Assembly (NCBI GenBank): GCA_013265495.1
Contig: MU057576.1
Location: 530,982-594,981 of the forward strand
DNA from: Vicugna vicugna
Taxonomy: Eukaryota
Direction of reading: 5' to 3'
Length of the DNA: 64,000 nt
Shown: in pieces, positions 31,296-48,250 of the stretch
How positions within the stretch are numbered: the stretch's first letter is position 1
How the letters are laid out: every line of letters starts with the position of its first letter
Program-made: the position numbers and the translations under genes
The notes under the pieces: model-generated
Database searches by the model: none
What the model was told of the DNA's origin: nothing
What the model saw: only the letters and a program-made list of their open reading frames with translations

Positions 31296-32054
31296 TACTT
31301 GCCTCCTCCCCTGACTTCTCATTCCTTTAAAAGGCAGTTCCTCTGCTCAGCCACTTGAGTTGGAAACCACAGCATTATCTCTGGTTCTGCCCCCTCCCTT
31401 TCCTGCATATCTAGTCAGTAAGTTCAGAATATTTCTGTCTTAAACAGAAGCTCCTGAAACGTTCTCTTCGTTCCCATTCACTCTCCTGTATCATTATTGC
31501 GTTCTCCTACCTGGTCTTTTTCCAAATCATTTTTGCTGCTGCTGCTTAATTTTATCTTTCCAAAGCACATCACTGGTTTTATATTTTACTACTAGTTGTT
31601 TCAGAGAACAGTGCCTAAAATACTTTTAGGTACTGTGCCTGAAGTGTTTTTCATACGAGGTTGTCACCCATTAATGTGAATCGTGAAATCAGTTTACAGG
31701 ACTGTATCAGAGTGTATGGCACTTGGAATGGGAAGTATTCTTTAAGCAACTTATGTTTTAAGTATATAATCATGAATATAGATAGATTATGTAAAGTGTG
31801 TGTATATGTGTCTATGTGCATGTACTTGGTTGCAGTACAGAATTATTTCTTACCATAGGTTGTAAGAAAAAATGGTTGAGAGAAAAACTTCACCATATTC
31901 AGCTAGGCAGTCAAGGATCTCTGGGTACTTTGCCAAATACATTTCCCATAGCCCTTCTACCGCATTACTGTTCTGCTTCTCTACTTAAAAGGGTAATATC
32001 TTCAAAGGGCTGTTTTTTACCCTCCCACTTTAAAGAAAGAAATCTATCAGGAGA

Positions 32055-32250
32055 CAGCATAGTGTAGTAAACAGCCAGAATGCCTGGGATTGAAATCCTA
32101 GCTTTTCCCTTAAGTAGCTAGGTAACTTTGGACACATTACTTAGTCTCTCAGTGCATGTTTCCTCATTTATAAAATGGGGACGGTAGTACCTACCTCATG
32201 GGACTATTGAGAGGATTAAAAGAATTGCTACCTGTAAACTGCCTGGAACA
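32055..32250 (+). mobile_element. MIR SINE
   Basis: CAGCATAGTGTAG...GTTTCCTCATTTATAAAATGGGGACGGTAGTACCTACCTCATGGG...GAGGATTAAA. Similar MIR remnants at ~12140-12250, 13110-13320, 17400-17600, 19330-19460, 34640-34870, 44955-45190, 46400-46620, 51925-52020 and 63090-63300. Confidence 0.75.
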
Positions 32251-33439
32251 TTGGGGGAGCATGGGAGAGCCTTAGGCTATAGTAGAAAGACTACTGAACC
32301 TAGACTTGAGTTTGAGAGGTCCATAGTTAACTGGTTGTTATCTTTGGCCAGATTTAACGACACTCCTCATCTGTGGAAACCAAGATGGTTCAGACGTTGC
32401 TGTAAACATGGATTGAGTGCTGGCACTGTGCTTCTAGGTTGTGAACTGGAGGTTGGGGCTGTTTTCTCTGTATCCCCAGCACTTTGCATAGTGTCTGATA
32501 CAGAGTGTGCAAAAAATATTTGTTGAATTTACAAATATTTAGTATCAACCTTTTGACTGTAACTGATTAGTATTGGGTTACAAAGATGAATGATGGTACT
32601 TAGGTTTGTACTAAGTGCTGCAGTACCAGGTGCAGTGGTAGCAAGAAAGATAAGAGAACGGACCAATCATTGGGTTTGGTGATTGTTAAATGAGTAATAA
32701 GTCTACAAGTGGCAGTGGGGCCAGAAATCAGACTATAATGAAATAAGAAGTGGGCATGCAGCATAAATGTGTTATAGAATTTGGATGGGAGGTGTGATAA
32801 TAGAATTGCATAAGGGTGTGGAGTAGGGTTTTTTGAGAGCATAGGGGTTTGTACTTTATGAACCATCTTTTGTGCTGAGCTGTTAGTGAGAATAAGTAAC
32901 CAAATCTAAGTTGCATTTCTGAGCCACCATCAAATGTGATGTTGACTCTTCTAGGTCAACGTGAGGTGCAGATGCTACCTCCTTCCTATAGCCTTCCCTA
33001 ACTGGGACACAAGCAGTCCCTCCCTAAGCGCCTTTGCTTCCTGGGTTGTAGAAAAGGACATAAGAGAAAAAGTACATGCACCACCATTATGGTCCCTTTA
33101 CAGTGCATCTAGATAAGTAATCCTAGACAGAGTGGAGATAAGACTTGTGTAAAGCCACGGGCGTTGCTTAAAGACACCACTAGAACAGATCTTAGGGTCC
33201 CTCTTGGGTCCACTTCATTTCATTACGAAAGAAAGCATAGCTGTGGACAATTTATGATCCAGCTTGATTTAGGTACACCTGGGTTCCAAGCTAGCCACTT
33301 CGCGGTTCTGTGGCCAGGGCCAAGTTACCAGAACTTTCTAGACCAGTTTTCAGCCACCTAGTTAGGGCGAGGTGAGGAGCAGTAAAGTATAAAACACTCA
33401 AGACTGCGTCCCAGGCTCTTAATCTGTAGTCGTTATTAA

Positions 33440-33465
33440 AACAACAACAACAACAACAACAAAAC
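33440..33465. repeat. (CAA)n microsatellite upstream of the MOGS promoter
   Basis: AACAACAACAACAACAACAACAAAAC. Confidence 0.9.
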
Positions 33466-33780
33466 AAAGAGGCAAGTGCGAGATTGATTTTTCCTACTAG
33501 TCGTGTGAACGCCAAATAATCGCAGATCCAGTCGGGTCGGCCCTCCTAAAACGAGGCCTACACCAACGCCGGCGACGACGGTTCCGGGGTCTGGGGCTTA
33601 ACCTGACGTGGCGGGGCGGGGCTTCCGGCGACAGGCGGAAGCGGAGCGGGAGGCGCGGGCCCGCAGGTGCGACTGACATCAGTGGTCGCCCCGGCACTAC
33701 GGGCATCCCAGGGAGGCGAGGTAGAGCCGGGCTCCGTTGCCGCCTCTCCCGGACCCCGCGACGCCGACCTGCGTGCCAGG

Positions 33781-37246
<3,466 letters not shown>

Positions 37247-37435
37247 GGGTGGATGGAGGATGGGAGGGGAGCCAGGCCCCTTGTGCACTCTGGACTAGAG
37301 GGACAAGGTCTCTCACTTGTGCCCCCCACCCTCACATACCAGTGCTTCAGACCCTCAGCAGCTCATCTCAGGTGTCTCCTTACTGTCATCCCACATAGCC
37401 CTGGGGTGAATGTGAATGCAGAGTCTATTTTTCTA

Positions 37436-37441
37436 AATAAA
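37436..37441 (+). terminator. MOGS polyadenylation signal AATAAA
   Basis: AATAAA about 190 nt after the stop. Confidence 0.8.
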
Positions 37442-37649
37442 CTGGAAAACATGCCAAACTCTCCCTTTTGCCAGCTTTGCCTCACCAGGAGGTCTTAGCC
37501 TGGTCCAGGCCTTAGGGCTGCCTGCTTTCCTTCAGAGAAGGTGGGGAAAGTGGCTACCAGCTGTCCCCTCCAAACCTAGTCAGGTCAAGTGCAATGCAGT
37601 GAGTCCAGCACTAGTCCACCCAAGTCCACAAGCAGCTGGTTCACATCTC

Positions 37650-37655
37650 TTTAAT
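37650..37655 (-). terminator. WBP1 polyadenylation signal ATTAAA
   Basis: TTTAAT on the + strand, about 190 nt past the WBP1 stop. Confidence 0.65.
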
Positions 37656-37844
37656 GAGATCAAAGGCTCCTGTGTGTGTCTTAGGGGGTAGAGCTAGCAC
37701 AGTCCCCCCAGCACTGCCCTTTGTGGGACTCCAGTCCTTTCCAGCAGGTTCTAGGAGGGCAGGGAGAGGCCAAGGAGAGCTCAGAGAGTTGGGACCAGGG
37801 CTGTTTCTGGTGGGCAAGTAACCCACCCACCCTCCAAAAACTGT

Positions 37845-39904
<2,060 letters not shown>

Positions 39905-40084
39905 GCTTCCACCTACAGCCCCCTGAAGACCACAGCCTCCTCTACCTCCAGCTGCCCCGCCCCTGCCACCTCTGCCGCCACCACCATGGCCCCAGTCCGG
40001 CCCATCTTCGCTGCTGCCACCATCATTCCACGACCGGAGCTTCCATCCTGTGAGACCTCTGCCAACTAGCGCCCAGGTTGTTCT

Positions 40085-40340
40085 GTCCTACCAATCTGCA
40101 TCATGCTCTGACAGGCGGGCCAATAGGAAGGATTACAGGCCTCTCCCTGTGACCAATCTGCAGCAGCGCCTCCACCACTCTCCCAGACAACAAGAGCTTG
40201 CACAGACAAAGAGTGGGGCAAGGTTCGACCCAGCGCCCTGATTGACAGCGACAGCAGCCAATACAGACAACAGAACAGATTCTGAGCTATTAACCAATGA
40301 ACGGCCGTCCAGAACAGCGAAGTATCCACTGATTGGTTCA
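40085..40340. promoter_or_regulatory. WBP1 promoter with six CCAAT boxes
   Basis: CCAAT at 40091, 40120, 40153, 40258 and 40294, plus ATTGG at 40332. Confidence 0.75.
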
Positions 40341-40576
40341 AACCCTATTTTTGGGATGATGCCAAACGCCCGACCACGCCAGGTAGTCCCGCTGGAAGAG
40401 GCGGGGTCCCAAAAGTCCGCTGGACTCTGGAATCGGAGCAGCTACTCTTCTTGGGCCTGGTGGGCCTTTCCCAGGCGTCGACGCAAGCTCTCGTGGGGGC
40501 AAGACGTGTGCACAGGGAATTGGCCTGCCCAACCCCCAACCCCCCAATTCTGTACAAGTCAAGGCATCGGAGGACT

Positions 40577-40582
40577 TTTAAT
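40577..40582 (-). terminator. INO80B polyadenylation signal ATTAAA
   Basis: TTTAAT on the + strand, about 60 nt past the INO80B stop. Confidence 0.65.
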
Positions 40583-40642
40583 AGGTTGGGGAAGACACTG
40601 AAACCTGGGGAAAAGGCGCACAGTCCGGGTTGGGTGAGGGCC

Positions 40643-42078
40643 TTAAGTAGCCAAAAGTGGGGATCCGGGGCCCTCAGGCCCACCCAGCCGCATCTGCAGG
40701 TTGATGCGGTAACACTGAAGGCTGCAGAGTGCCTGGCCCGTGCGGGAGCAGGCATAGCGGCGCGGATGGGGGCAGCCGGGAACAGAGCATCGAGGAGGAG
40801 GGCCAGGTGGGGATGGCCTTGGAGACACAGGCGCGGGGGCAGGGACGCCAGGTGGGAAGGAAAGGGTGGAACCCTGTGCCCCACTGCTGTAGCGCACCAT
40901 AGGGGCCGGGGCTGCAGCCCGCCCTCCCCGCCGCTCGCCCCGGGTGGCCCCTCGGCCTCCCCGGCCGCTGGGCGCTGCAGTCTTGGTGAGGCGCTCGATA
41001 GTCTGGTTCTTGTGCTCCTCCGCCCGCCGCGCTGCCTGCAGCCGCCTCTTCCGAGCCCGCTCCTCGCGCTTCAGCAGCATCTCCTCGGTGAGGGCGGGGG
41101 CTGGGCAGACCCCAGCCACAGGCAGTGACAGCATGGGGGAAGGCTGACTCCTTGCCTTCTGTAGCAGAGCTCGCTGGGGAGAGACAAATAAGATGATGTC
41201 AGAAAATGGAGAAGCGGGGTCCGCCTGAACGGAGGAGGGGGAAGAGGGGACATGGAGAGCAGGCCTTGAGAAAAGGGGTGGACTGAGCACCCTCTCCAGG
41301 AAGCCCTTAATATGGCCTCCTCCCAGGTCTCCAGACTTCACCTTTAGATCTCTGACTCTCAAAGGGAAAAGCACTAGCAATTAATGTTACCTCCTTGCTC
41401 TGCATACCAAAACTCTGTACCAGCTTTCTGTTGTTGTTTTAAATCTTTTTATCTCAACGGATAGCATCAGTTGGATAACTGCTCAAAGTCCAAAACTCAG
41501 AGTTATCCTTAATTCCTCTCCTTCCCTCAACAAGTGTCTATTTCCAAAATATATCCAGGATGCATATGATTTTCTCCATCTCCACGACTTCACCTTGGTT
41601 CAAGCCACCACTGTCTCTTATCTGACTACTTCAACAGCTTCCTAGCTGTCCTTGATTCTAGCCATTACCCCCTCTGAGAAACTAAAGTGATCTACTGAAA
41701 TTAAATCAAATATATCACTTCTCTGCATACAGCCCTTTCGTGGTAATCACAGTTGTTTTAAAAAACAGAGTACAGTCAGTAAGTATAGTCAGTCTACAAT
41801 GTGTCAATTTCTGGTGTGCAGCATAATGTTTCAGTCCTACATATACAAACATATATTCGTTTTACGCTTATTCTTCTTCTTGACCATAATTAGGCACGTT
41901 CCACTCTCAGGGTCTTTGCCCTTGTTGATCTCTCTGCCTGAAAAGCCTCTCTGGTCTTGGAAATGTTATCTCTTTAGAGATACGTTGTTTCTTTTCTACT
42001 ACTTTCTATTTCATCGTCCTATTTTTGTTATACACCTTACAGTTTTTCAAATTATTTATTTGCTTATTTATACCCCCA

Positions 42079-42112
<34 letters not shown>

Positions 42113-43405
42113 AAATACAAAATACCAGCTCCATGAGAACAGAAACTCTGTCTTCTCTCCACTGCCAATATCCCCTCTGCCTACCAAAGTTCTCAGGACA
42201 TGGAAAGTTCTCAATACATATTGGGCAAGTGAATCAAGAATGAACCAACTTACCTGTCTAGCAGTGAGCAGCCGTTCATTGATCTCCTTCTTGAGATCTC
42301 CATTGTCATCCAGCTCCCCCTTCTCCAAGGCATCCAGCCACCTCTGTTCTTCCTCTTCCTCCTGACCCCCTAAGCTCCCCGACAGGTCCCGAAGTGGGGA
42401 GGGGGACAGATTACTGTCTTCATCTGGAAAGGAAAGTTGGAGAGCTAAAAGAGGAACTGTTCAGATGGAGAACCCCAATTTGGGCAATACTGGGACACTC
42501 AAAATTCTCACCTTCCTCAGAACTACACCTCTTCCCCTAACCAGGTATAATGAGAAACCCAGTTTTCCCACCTCCAGATCCCGTCTCACCCAGCCAGGCA
42601 CGGTACTGCTCAAGGGGGACTCCTTCCACAGGTTCCTCTTCATTGTCCACAACCATAAGGGGAGAGGGTGAGCGAGGGCCCTCAGGGATCACAGTGAAGG
42701 TAGGAACGCTGCAGAGAAGCAACCACTCTGTAAGCTGAGCAATCATCTCTTCCTTCTCAGTACATCTAGCCTTCCCTACACCCTCTTAGGTTCTTGCCGC
42801 ATTAACCTGGTCCCTGAAGTCACAGCGTCCATTTCCTGCCTTCTGGAAAGCCCAACCAGCTTCTTCTTCTCTGTCTACCTGCTCCTAAAGACCCCAAGCA
42901 AAACCTTGGCTCTCCTGGCTCACCTCTTGGTGCCCAGGACCTGCCCGCCCAGCTTGATTTTAAGTTTGAGCTGGGGCTTGGCAGGAGACGGCTGTGTGGG
43001 CCCAGCCTCCTCTTCCTGGTAGTGTTTCTTCTTGTGTTTCTTCTTGTGCTTCTTGTGCTTCTTCTTGTGCACTCCGTGGCCGTGAGCACCCGCCAGACTC
43101 AACTCCAGGGCTTCCCCTGCGGAAGGAGAGCCTGTCAATGGTGTACAGCTGCAGCGGGGCAGGAAAAGCCCTGAAGAACCCAACACCCTTGAGGGGGCTT
43201 GGTCTTCCCGCGGTACACGCTGTTACCATAACAACAGCCCCGCCTTTCTCCTTCCCACCTGTGGCGAGGTACCCACGAAGCTCCGAGGAGCAAGAAGGGG
43301 ACTCCTTTCCTGTGAAGGCCTAAGTTGCTTTATCTACCCGAGCTTACCCGGCTCGGGGACCTCCATAGCCCCAGAGGTGCTCCCGCGCCGCCACAGCTTA
43401 CTCAT
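40643..43405 (-). CDS. INO80B: INO80 complex subunit B (356 aa, 5 exons; upstream in-frame ATG at 43456 gives 373 aa)
   Basis: Exons (minus) 43348-43405, 42924-43116, 42590-42708, 42254-42423, 40643-41173, 1071 nt. Reads MSKLWRRGSTSG..., HKKKHKKHKKKHKKKH, PAPA-1-type EEMLLKREERARKRR, zf-HIT CSVPGCPHPRRYACSRTGQALCSLQCY. Confidence 0.97.
41370..42245 (+). mobile_element. LINE2 remnant in INO80B intron 4, with nested young L1 3' tip (~41755-41880, minus) and (GC)n(CA)n microsatellite (~42083-42112)
   Basis: CCAAAACTCAGAGTTATCCTTAATTCCTCTC...CTCAATACATATTGGGCAAGTGAAT is L2-like. AAGTATAGTCAGTCTACAATGTGTCAATTTCTGGTGTGCAGC is the reverse of the L1 3' end seen at 44464. Confidence 0.65.
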
Positions 43406-44007
43406 GGGGCCCAGCAAGGAAAGGGGGCTGGAAATAGTTGGGACACAGGCAGACATACCTTTTCCGCCCCGCGGAAGAACTGATTCCAGCAAATATCGCG
43501 GTACATCCGGTGTGTAGCGACCATACTTGTGCGGGGCACGCTCTGCAGCTAAAAACCCTCCCGGAGAAACAACAGTCCTTCTAACAAGAGTTCCGCGCCC
43601 TCTGAGGCCGGGACCGCTCAAAGGGGCGCGGCTTTCTGCTCGCTCCGCCTCCCCACAGTCGTGATCCGAACTCACAGCTGGCGATTCAATTATTATTACA
43701 CTCAAGCGTGGTGAGCGTATATTCCGGACCAAATCTGGGGCTAGGCTATGAGGATACAAAGATGAATACGAACGCTTCGGTCTGCCTTTGAGGAGTCAAC
43801 AGTTCGGCGGAGGAATTAGAAACTATATTGACGGCAAAATGGCAAAAGGGCTTAACATCACAGGTGCCCTACAAGCAGGGCAAATGGTATTTCAGCCTAA
43901 ATTCTCATCAATAGAGAAATGGATAAATGAATTGTGGTGCGTCTATCTAATCTGGAACACCATATTGCTAACAAAGGCTAAGAAGTGATAAGTAATTGAT
44001 GAGATTG

Positions 44008-44111
44008 TGCCAACTAAAAATTGGCACTTGCCATGTACCCCTGCTTGAATTAAATCATGAGCCTCTGCAGCTGTTGACCTCCAGCACTCCCTGAAAGGAG
44101 TTCAGTTGACA
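44008..44111 (+). mobile_element. Internally deleted solo LTR (104 bp), same family as 47661-48161
   Basis: TGCCAACTAAAAATTGGCACTTGCCAT...TTAAATCATGAGC...CACTCCCTGAAAGGAGTTCAG is joined directly to the terminal TTGACA. Confidence 0.85.
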
Positions 44112-44457
44112 TGGAATTTAAGTCCTATTGAGTAATAGCATTGGAAACAAAGTGTGCCTCTAATGAGGCACCAAAGTGATTTGGTACATGGATTTGATAC
44201 ATCCATACAATGGGAACTATGCTGCTACTAAAAGAAATGAGGCCCCAGAAGGCTACCCAAGAAACTGGTGACAGCCATCCGATGGATGGTTGGGGTAATG
44301 AGGGTGAGGGGAGACGTTCTTCATAATATTTTGTGCCTACTGAACTCTGTACAAAATGTGCATGTTTTACCTAATTTGAAAAAAAAAGGAACAAGGTAGG
44401 TCTGTATGTGCTAACATATGAAGTAAGAAAAGCAAGTTTCAAGATGATGTGATCCCA

Positions 44458-44555
44458 CTTTGTGCTGCACACCAGAAACTGACACATTGTAACTGACTGC
44501 ACTTCAATTTTAAAAAAGTCACCTAGATGGATAATAAATTATTAAAATTTTTTAA
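44458..44555 (+). mobile_element. Extremely 5'-truncated L1 with perfect 17-bp TSD
   Basis: GCTGCACACCAGAAACTGACACATTGTAACTGACTGCACTTCAATT. TSD AAGATGATGTGATCCCA at 44441-44457 and 44556-44572. Confidence 0.9.
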
Positions 44556-45217
44556 AAGATGATGTGATCCCATTTTAAAAGGCATACTGTGCTACTACAT
44601 ACATAACAAAAAATTGAGGAATGTATACTATACCGTAAATGGTGATTATCTTTAGAAGCTAAAGTTGGGAAACTTTCACTGTGTAGATCCGTAGTGAATA
44701 TCCTTTCCTTTCCTTTTTTTATTTTAAAATATTGCTTAGTGTTTTTTAAAATGAATTTTCTCACAGCCAATTTATATCATAGTTATATTTAGAAAAAAGC
44801 ACCACCTATATACAGATATATAAATATGTATGAGATGCATGTCTGAACAAGGTAGCAGCAGGGAGCAAAATAAGGGATGAACTGATTCCAGAGACACTTC
44901 ATTGATGAAATTTTAAGAAGTTCATGAACAATTATATATGAAAATTAAGAAAGAACTCAGTGTAGTTTAGTGATTAAGATTAAGAGAATGAACTTTGGAG
45001 TCAGATAAGCCTATTATCAAATCCTATTTTATTGGCTGTGTAACCTTGGGCTCAAAGTAACTTAAGCTCTCTGAACCTCATATTCCAGCTTTGTAAAATG
45101 GAATGAAGTTGGACCCACTTCACAGGGCTCTTTCAAGGAATAAACCAAATCAAGAATGCAAAGTTGTATCTGGCACAGAAGGTTTTCAGTAAGCAAACAA
45201 CAGCAATAAAAGACTGC

Positions 45218-45322
45218 TAAAGATACATGCACCCCAGTGTTAACAGCACCACCATTTACAATAGCCAAGACATGGAAGCAACATAAATGTCCATCAACAG
45301 ATGACTGGATAAAGAAGTTGTG

Positions 45323-45367
<45 letters not shown>

Positions 45368-45872
45368 ATATATATATAATACTACTCAGCCATAAAAAGA
45401 AGAAAATAATGCCATTTGCAGCAACATAGATGGACCTGGAGATTGTCATACGAAGTGAAGTAAGCCAGAAAGAGAAAGAAAACTACGATATGATATCACT
45501 TAGATGTGGAACTTTAAAAAATGACACAAATGAACTTATTCACAACACAGAAACAGACTCACCAACATAGAAAATAAATTTATGGTTACGGGGGTGGGGG
45601 AAGAGGGCTGGAGGGATAAACTGAGAGTTCAGGGTTTGCAGATATTAACTGCTATATATAAAATAGATAAACAACAAGGTCCTACTGTAGAGCACAGGAA
45701 ACTATATTCAATACCTTGTAATAGCCTATAATGAAAAAGAATATGAAAAGGAAAATATATATATACACCTATATATAACTGATTGACTATGCTATATACC
45801 AGAAACTAACAAAACATTGTAAACCAACTATACTTCAATTTAAATAAATAAATAATAAATAAATATAAATAA
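45218..45872 (+). mobile_element. L1 3' end (ORF2 tail + 3' UTR) containing a (GT)n(AT)n microsatellite
   Basis: AAAGATACATGCACCCCAGTGTT...ACAATAGCCAAGACATGGAAGCAAC...ATGCCATTTGCAGCAACATAGATGGACCTGGAG...ACTATACTTCAAT plus a (TAAA)n tail. Confidence 0.9.
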
Positions 45873-46769
45873 CTTCTACGTTTCTAGCCCAAGTATTAGA
45901 GGGAACACAGTGTTTTAAATAAAGAAGAGAACATAGGAAGAGAAGCGAGTGAGAAGATAATCACAATGTTGCCCAAGATGAATTTGAGATGTGTGTGGGA
46001 ATGCCCAGATGCAGATGGAATGCTCAAAGAAGAAGTCAGTGGAGAAGGTGTGAGTTGGGGGCTTCATTAGTTTAAAAATGGAGGTTCCCCCTGAAAGGAT
46101 GGGAATAGATGAGACATTCCAGAATGAGGAAGAAGATGAAGAGAAAAGGACCAGGAGCAAATCCAAGTGGGCACCTGTCCTGAACAGGCAGGCAGAGGGT
46201 CCAGGCAGGGTTGAGAAGAGGTCAAAAGAGGCAAGAAAGTGCTCATAGGGCAGACAGTATCAGCAAAACAAGGCTGTGCCCAGCTGTGTACAGTTCTGCA
46301 AAAGCTAGGCTAAGCTCCGAGAACAGGATGCATTCCAGCAGGATGTGAAGGCAATAGTCCTATATTACCAGGAGTTAAAGTGAAGGATCACCTGCAGTTA
46401 GTATTTGTTGAACATACTAGAATTTATAACCGACTTTCGTATCTTTTCCCTCACTTGATCCCCATGGCAGCTCGGTAAGGGAGACATTATTGTTCCCTCC
46501 TGAGAAAAGAGAGGCTCAGGGCGGTTAAATTATTTGGCCAGAGTCACATGGTTCGGGAGTGGCAGAGCCAGCACCAAACAGGCTTCCTGACACCAGGCCC
46601 AGTGTTGTTTCCTCAGCATCCTGATGTCCAGCAGGGAGGAAATGGTGACAGTAACTAGCCACAGGCTTCATTATTTTGTTTTGATTTTTGTTTTGCTTTG
46701 TTTACTTGCGAGAGATTTGAGCAGGATTGTAGGTTGAAAGGAAAAACTTTGTCCTTCTGAAAAAGTTCT

Positions 46770-47660
46770 TAGCTTTATTTTTTAAATACAATTTATTTTG
46801 AAATAATTTCAAACTTTCAGAAAACTTGCAAGAAGGGTACAAAGAACTCTCTTAGCTCCCTAAATCAGATTCTACAATCATTAACTTTTACTATTCCCTC
46901 TCTGTTATCATTATTCCTTTTCTGATCAATCTGAGAACAAGTTGCAGACATGATGCCATTTCATCCCAAATATTTCACTGTGTACTGCCTCAAAAACAAG
47001 TACACAGTTCTATAACTTTTGTGCAGTTAATTGGGAAATTAACACTGATACAATATTATCATCCAATTCACAGATCCCATTCAAATTTCAGCCACTGCCC
47101 TATGTCTCCTTTTCTTTTCTAGGTCAGGATCCAAATCCAGAATCAAGTGTTACATTTCTTCATCGTATATCTTTGATTTGCTTTAATCTAGAACGTTTCC
47201 TCATTCTTTCTCTATCTTTTGTGACTTTGACAGTCTTAAAGAGTATAGGACTTTGACTTGCAGTATGGTCCAAATCTGGATCCGTCTGGATTCCTCAAGT
47301 CTAGACTTCTAATCCTTGGCAGGAGTACTAATCAGAAAATATTATGCTATGTTTCTCTCAGTGTATCATATCAGGTGTCTCTCACATTGTGTGATTTTAT
47401 TTCAGTCGACACTTCCACCCACCAGGCGTACGTAATATCCATTGGTGAATACTGCATGAATCAGTTCTATTGTGATAATGGCACATGACATCAGCTTATA
47501 CTGCCACTGATTATGCTAACCTGGATCACCTACCTGGTCAAGGTGGTGTCTCCCCATTTTCTCCACCACAAAGTAACCATTTTCAACTATTTAATTAGTG
47601 AGTATTTTTCTAGGGAAATACTCTGAAACTATTCTGATATCCAGTTCCCCATCAAACTTC
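46770..47660 (-). mobile_element. Old L1 (L1MC/ME-like) 3' fragment, host of the LTR insertions
   Basis: TTTATTTTGAAATAATTTCAAACTTTCAGAAAACTTGCAAGAA...TGAGAACAAGTTGCAGACATGATGCC; continues at ~48166-48250. Confidence 0.7.
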
Positions 47661-48161
47661 TGCTAACTAAAAACTGGCACTTGCCCTCTGCCTCTCCAAG
47701 GATTGGATCACGTTGGCACTTGCCATCTAACTCTGCTTGGATTAAATCATGAGCTGTTGCAGCCACTGACCTCCAACACTCCCTGAAAGGAGTTCAGGAT
47801 GGAAATCAGGAATGAGGCGCTCTGTGCTCTGGGAAAACTGGCTGAACAGGCCTTCAGATAGTTAGATATTTTCAGAAGGTTTTATGAGCCCAATGCATCT
47901 CCTCATATCTAGAAAAGCACTAAAATCATTAACGGTGACATCTGCTCCTCGTGACTAGCAGCAGCCTCTGCCTAAGTGTGTGCTTGACTGCATGTATCCC
48001 CCTTCACTGAAATCATATATAGTACTGAGTTTCCCCCTGCCTCTTTGGAACAGTTTGTCAGAGCTTTCCGAAATGCTGTGTCCCAGGCTACAGTCCCCGT
48101 TTTGCCCCAAATAAAACTTAACCCACAACTCTCACGTTGTGTGATTTTATTTCAGTTGATA
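47661..48161 (+). mobile_element. ERV1-class solo LTR (~500 bp)
   Basis: Starts TGCTAACTAAAA, ends TTTCAGTTGATA (imperfect inverted termini). 4-bp TSD CTTC at 47657-47660 and 48162-48165. AATAAA 48110-48115. Confidence 0.85.
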
Positions 48162-48250
48162 CTTCCACCCACCAGGCATAATATCCATTGATGAATACTG
48201 TATGAATCAATTCGATTGTAATAATTGCCAAGTGATGATCTATCTACTTC

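Noticed and set aside
33667..33780. GTG-initiated N-terminal extension of MOGS
   Set aside because: The start is at or near the probable TSS, and ATG 33781 is the recognised start in good context.
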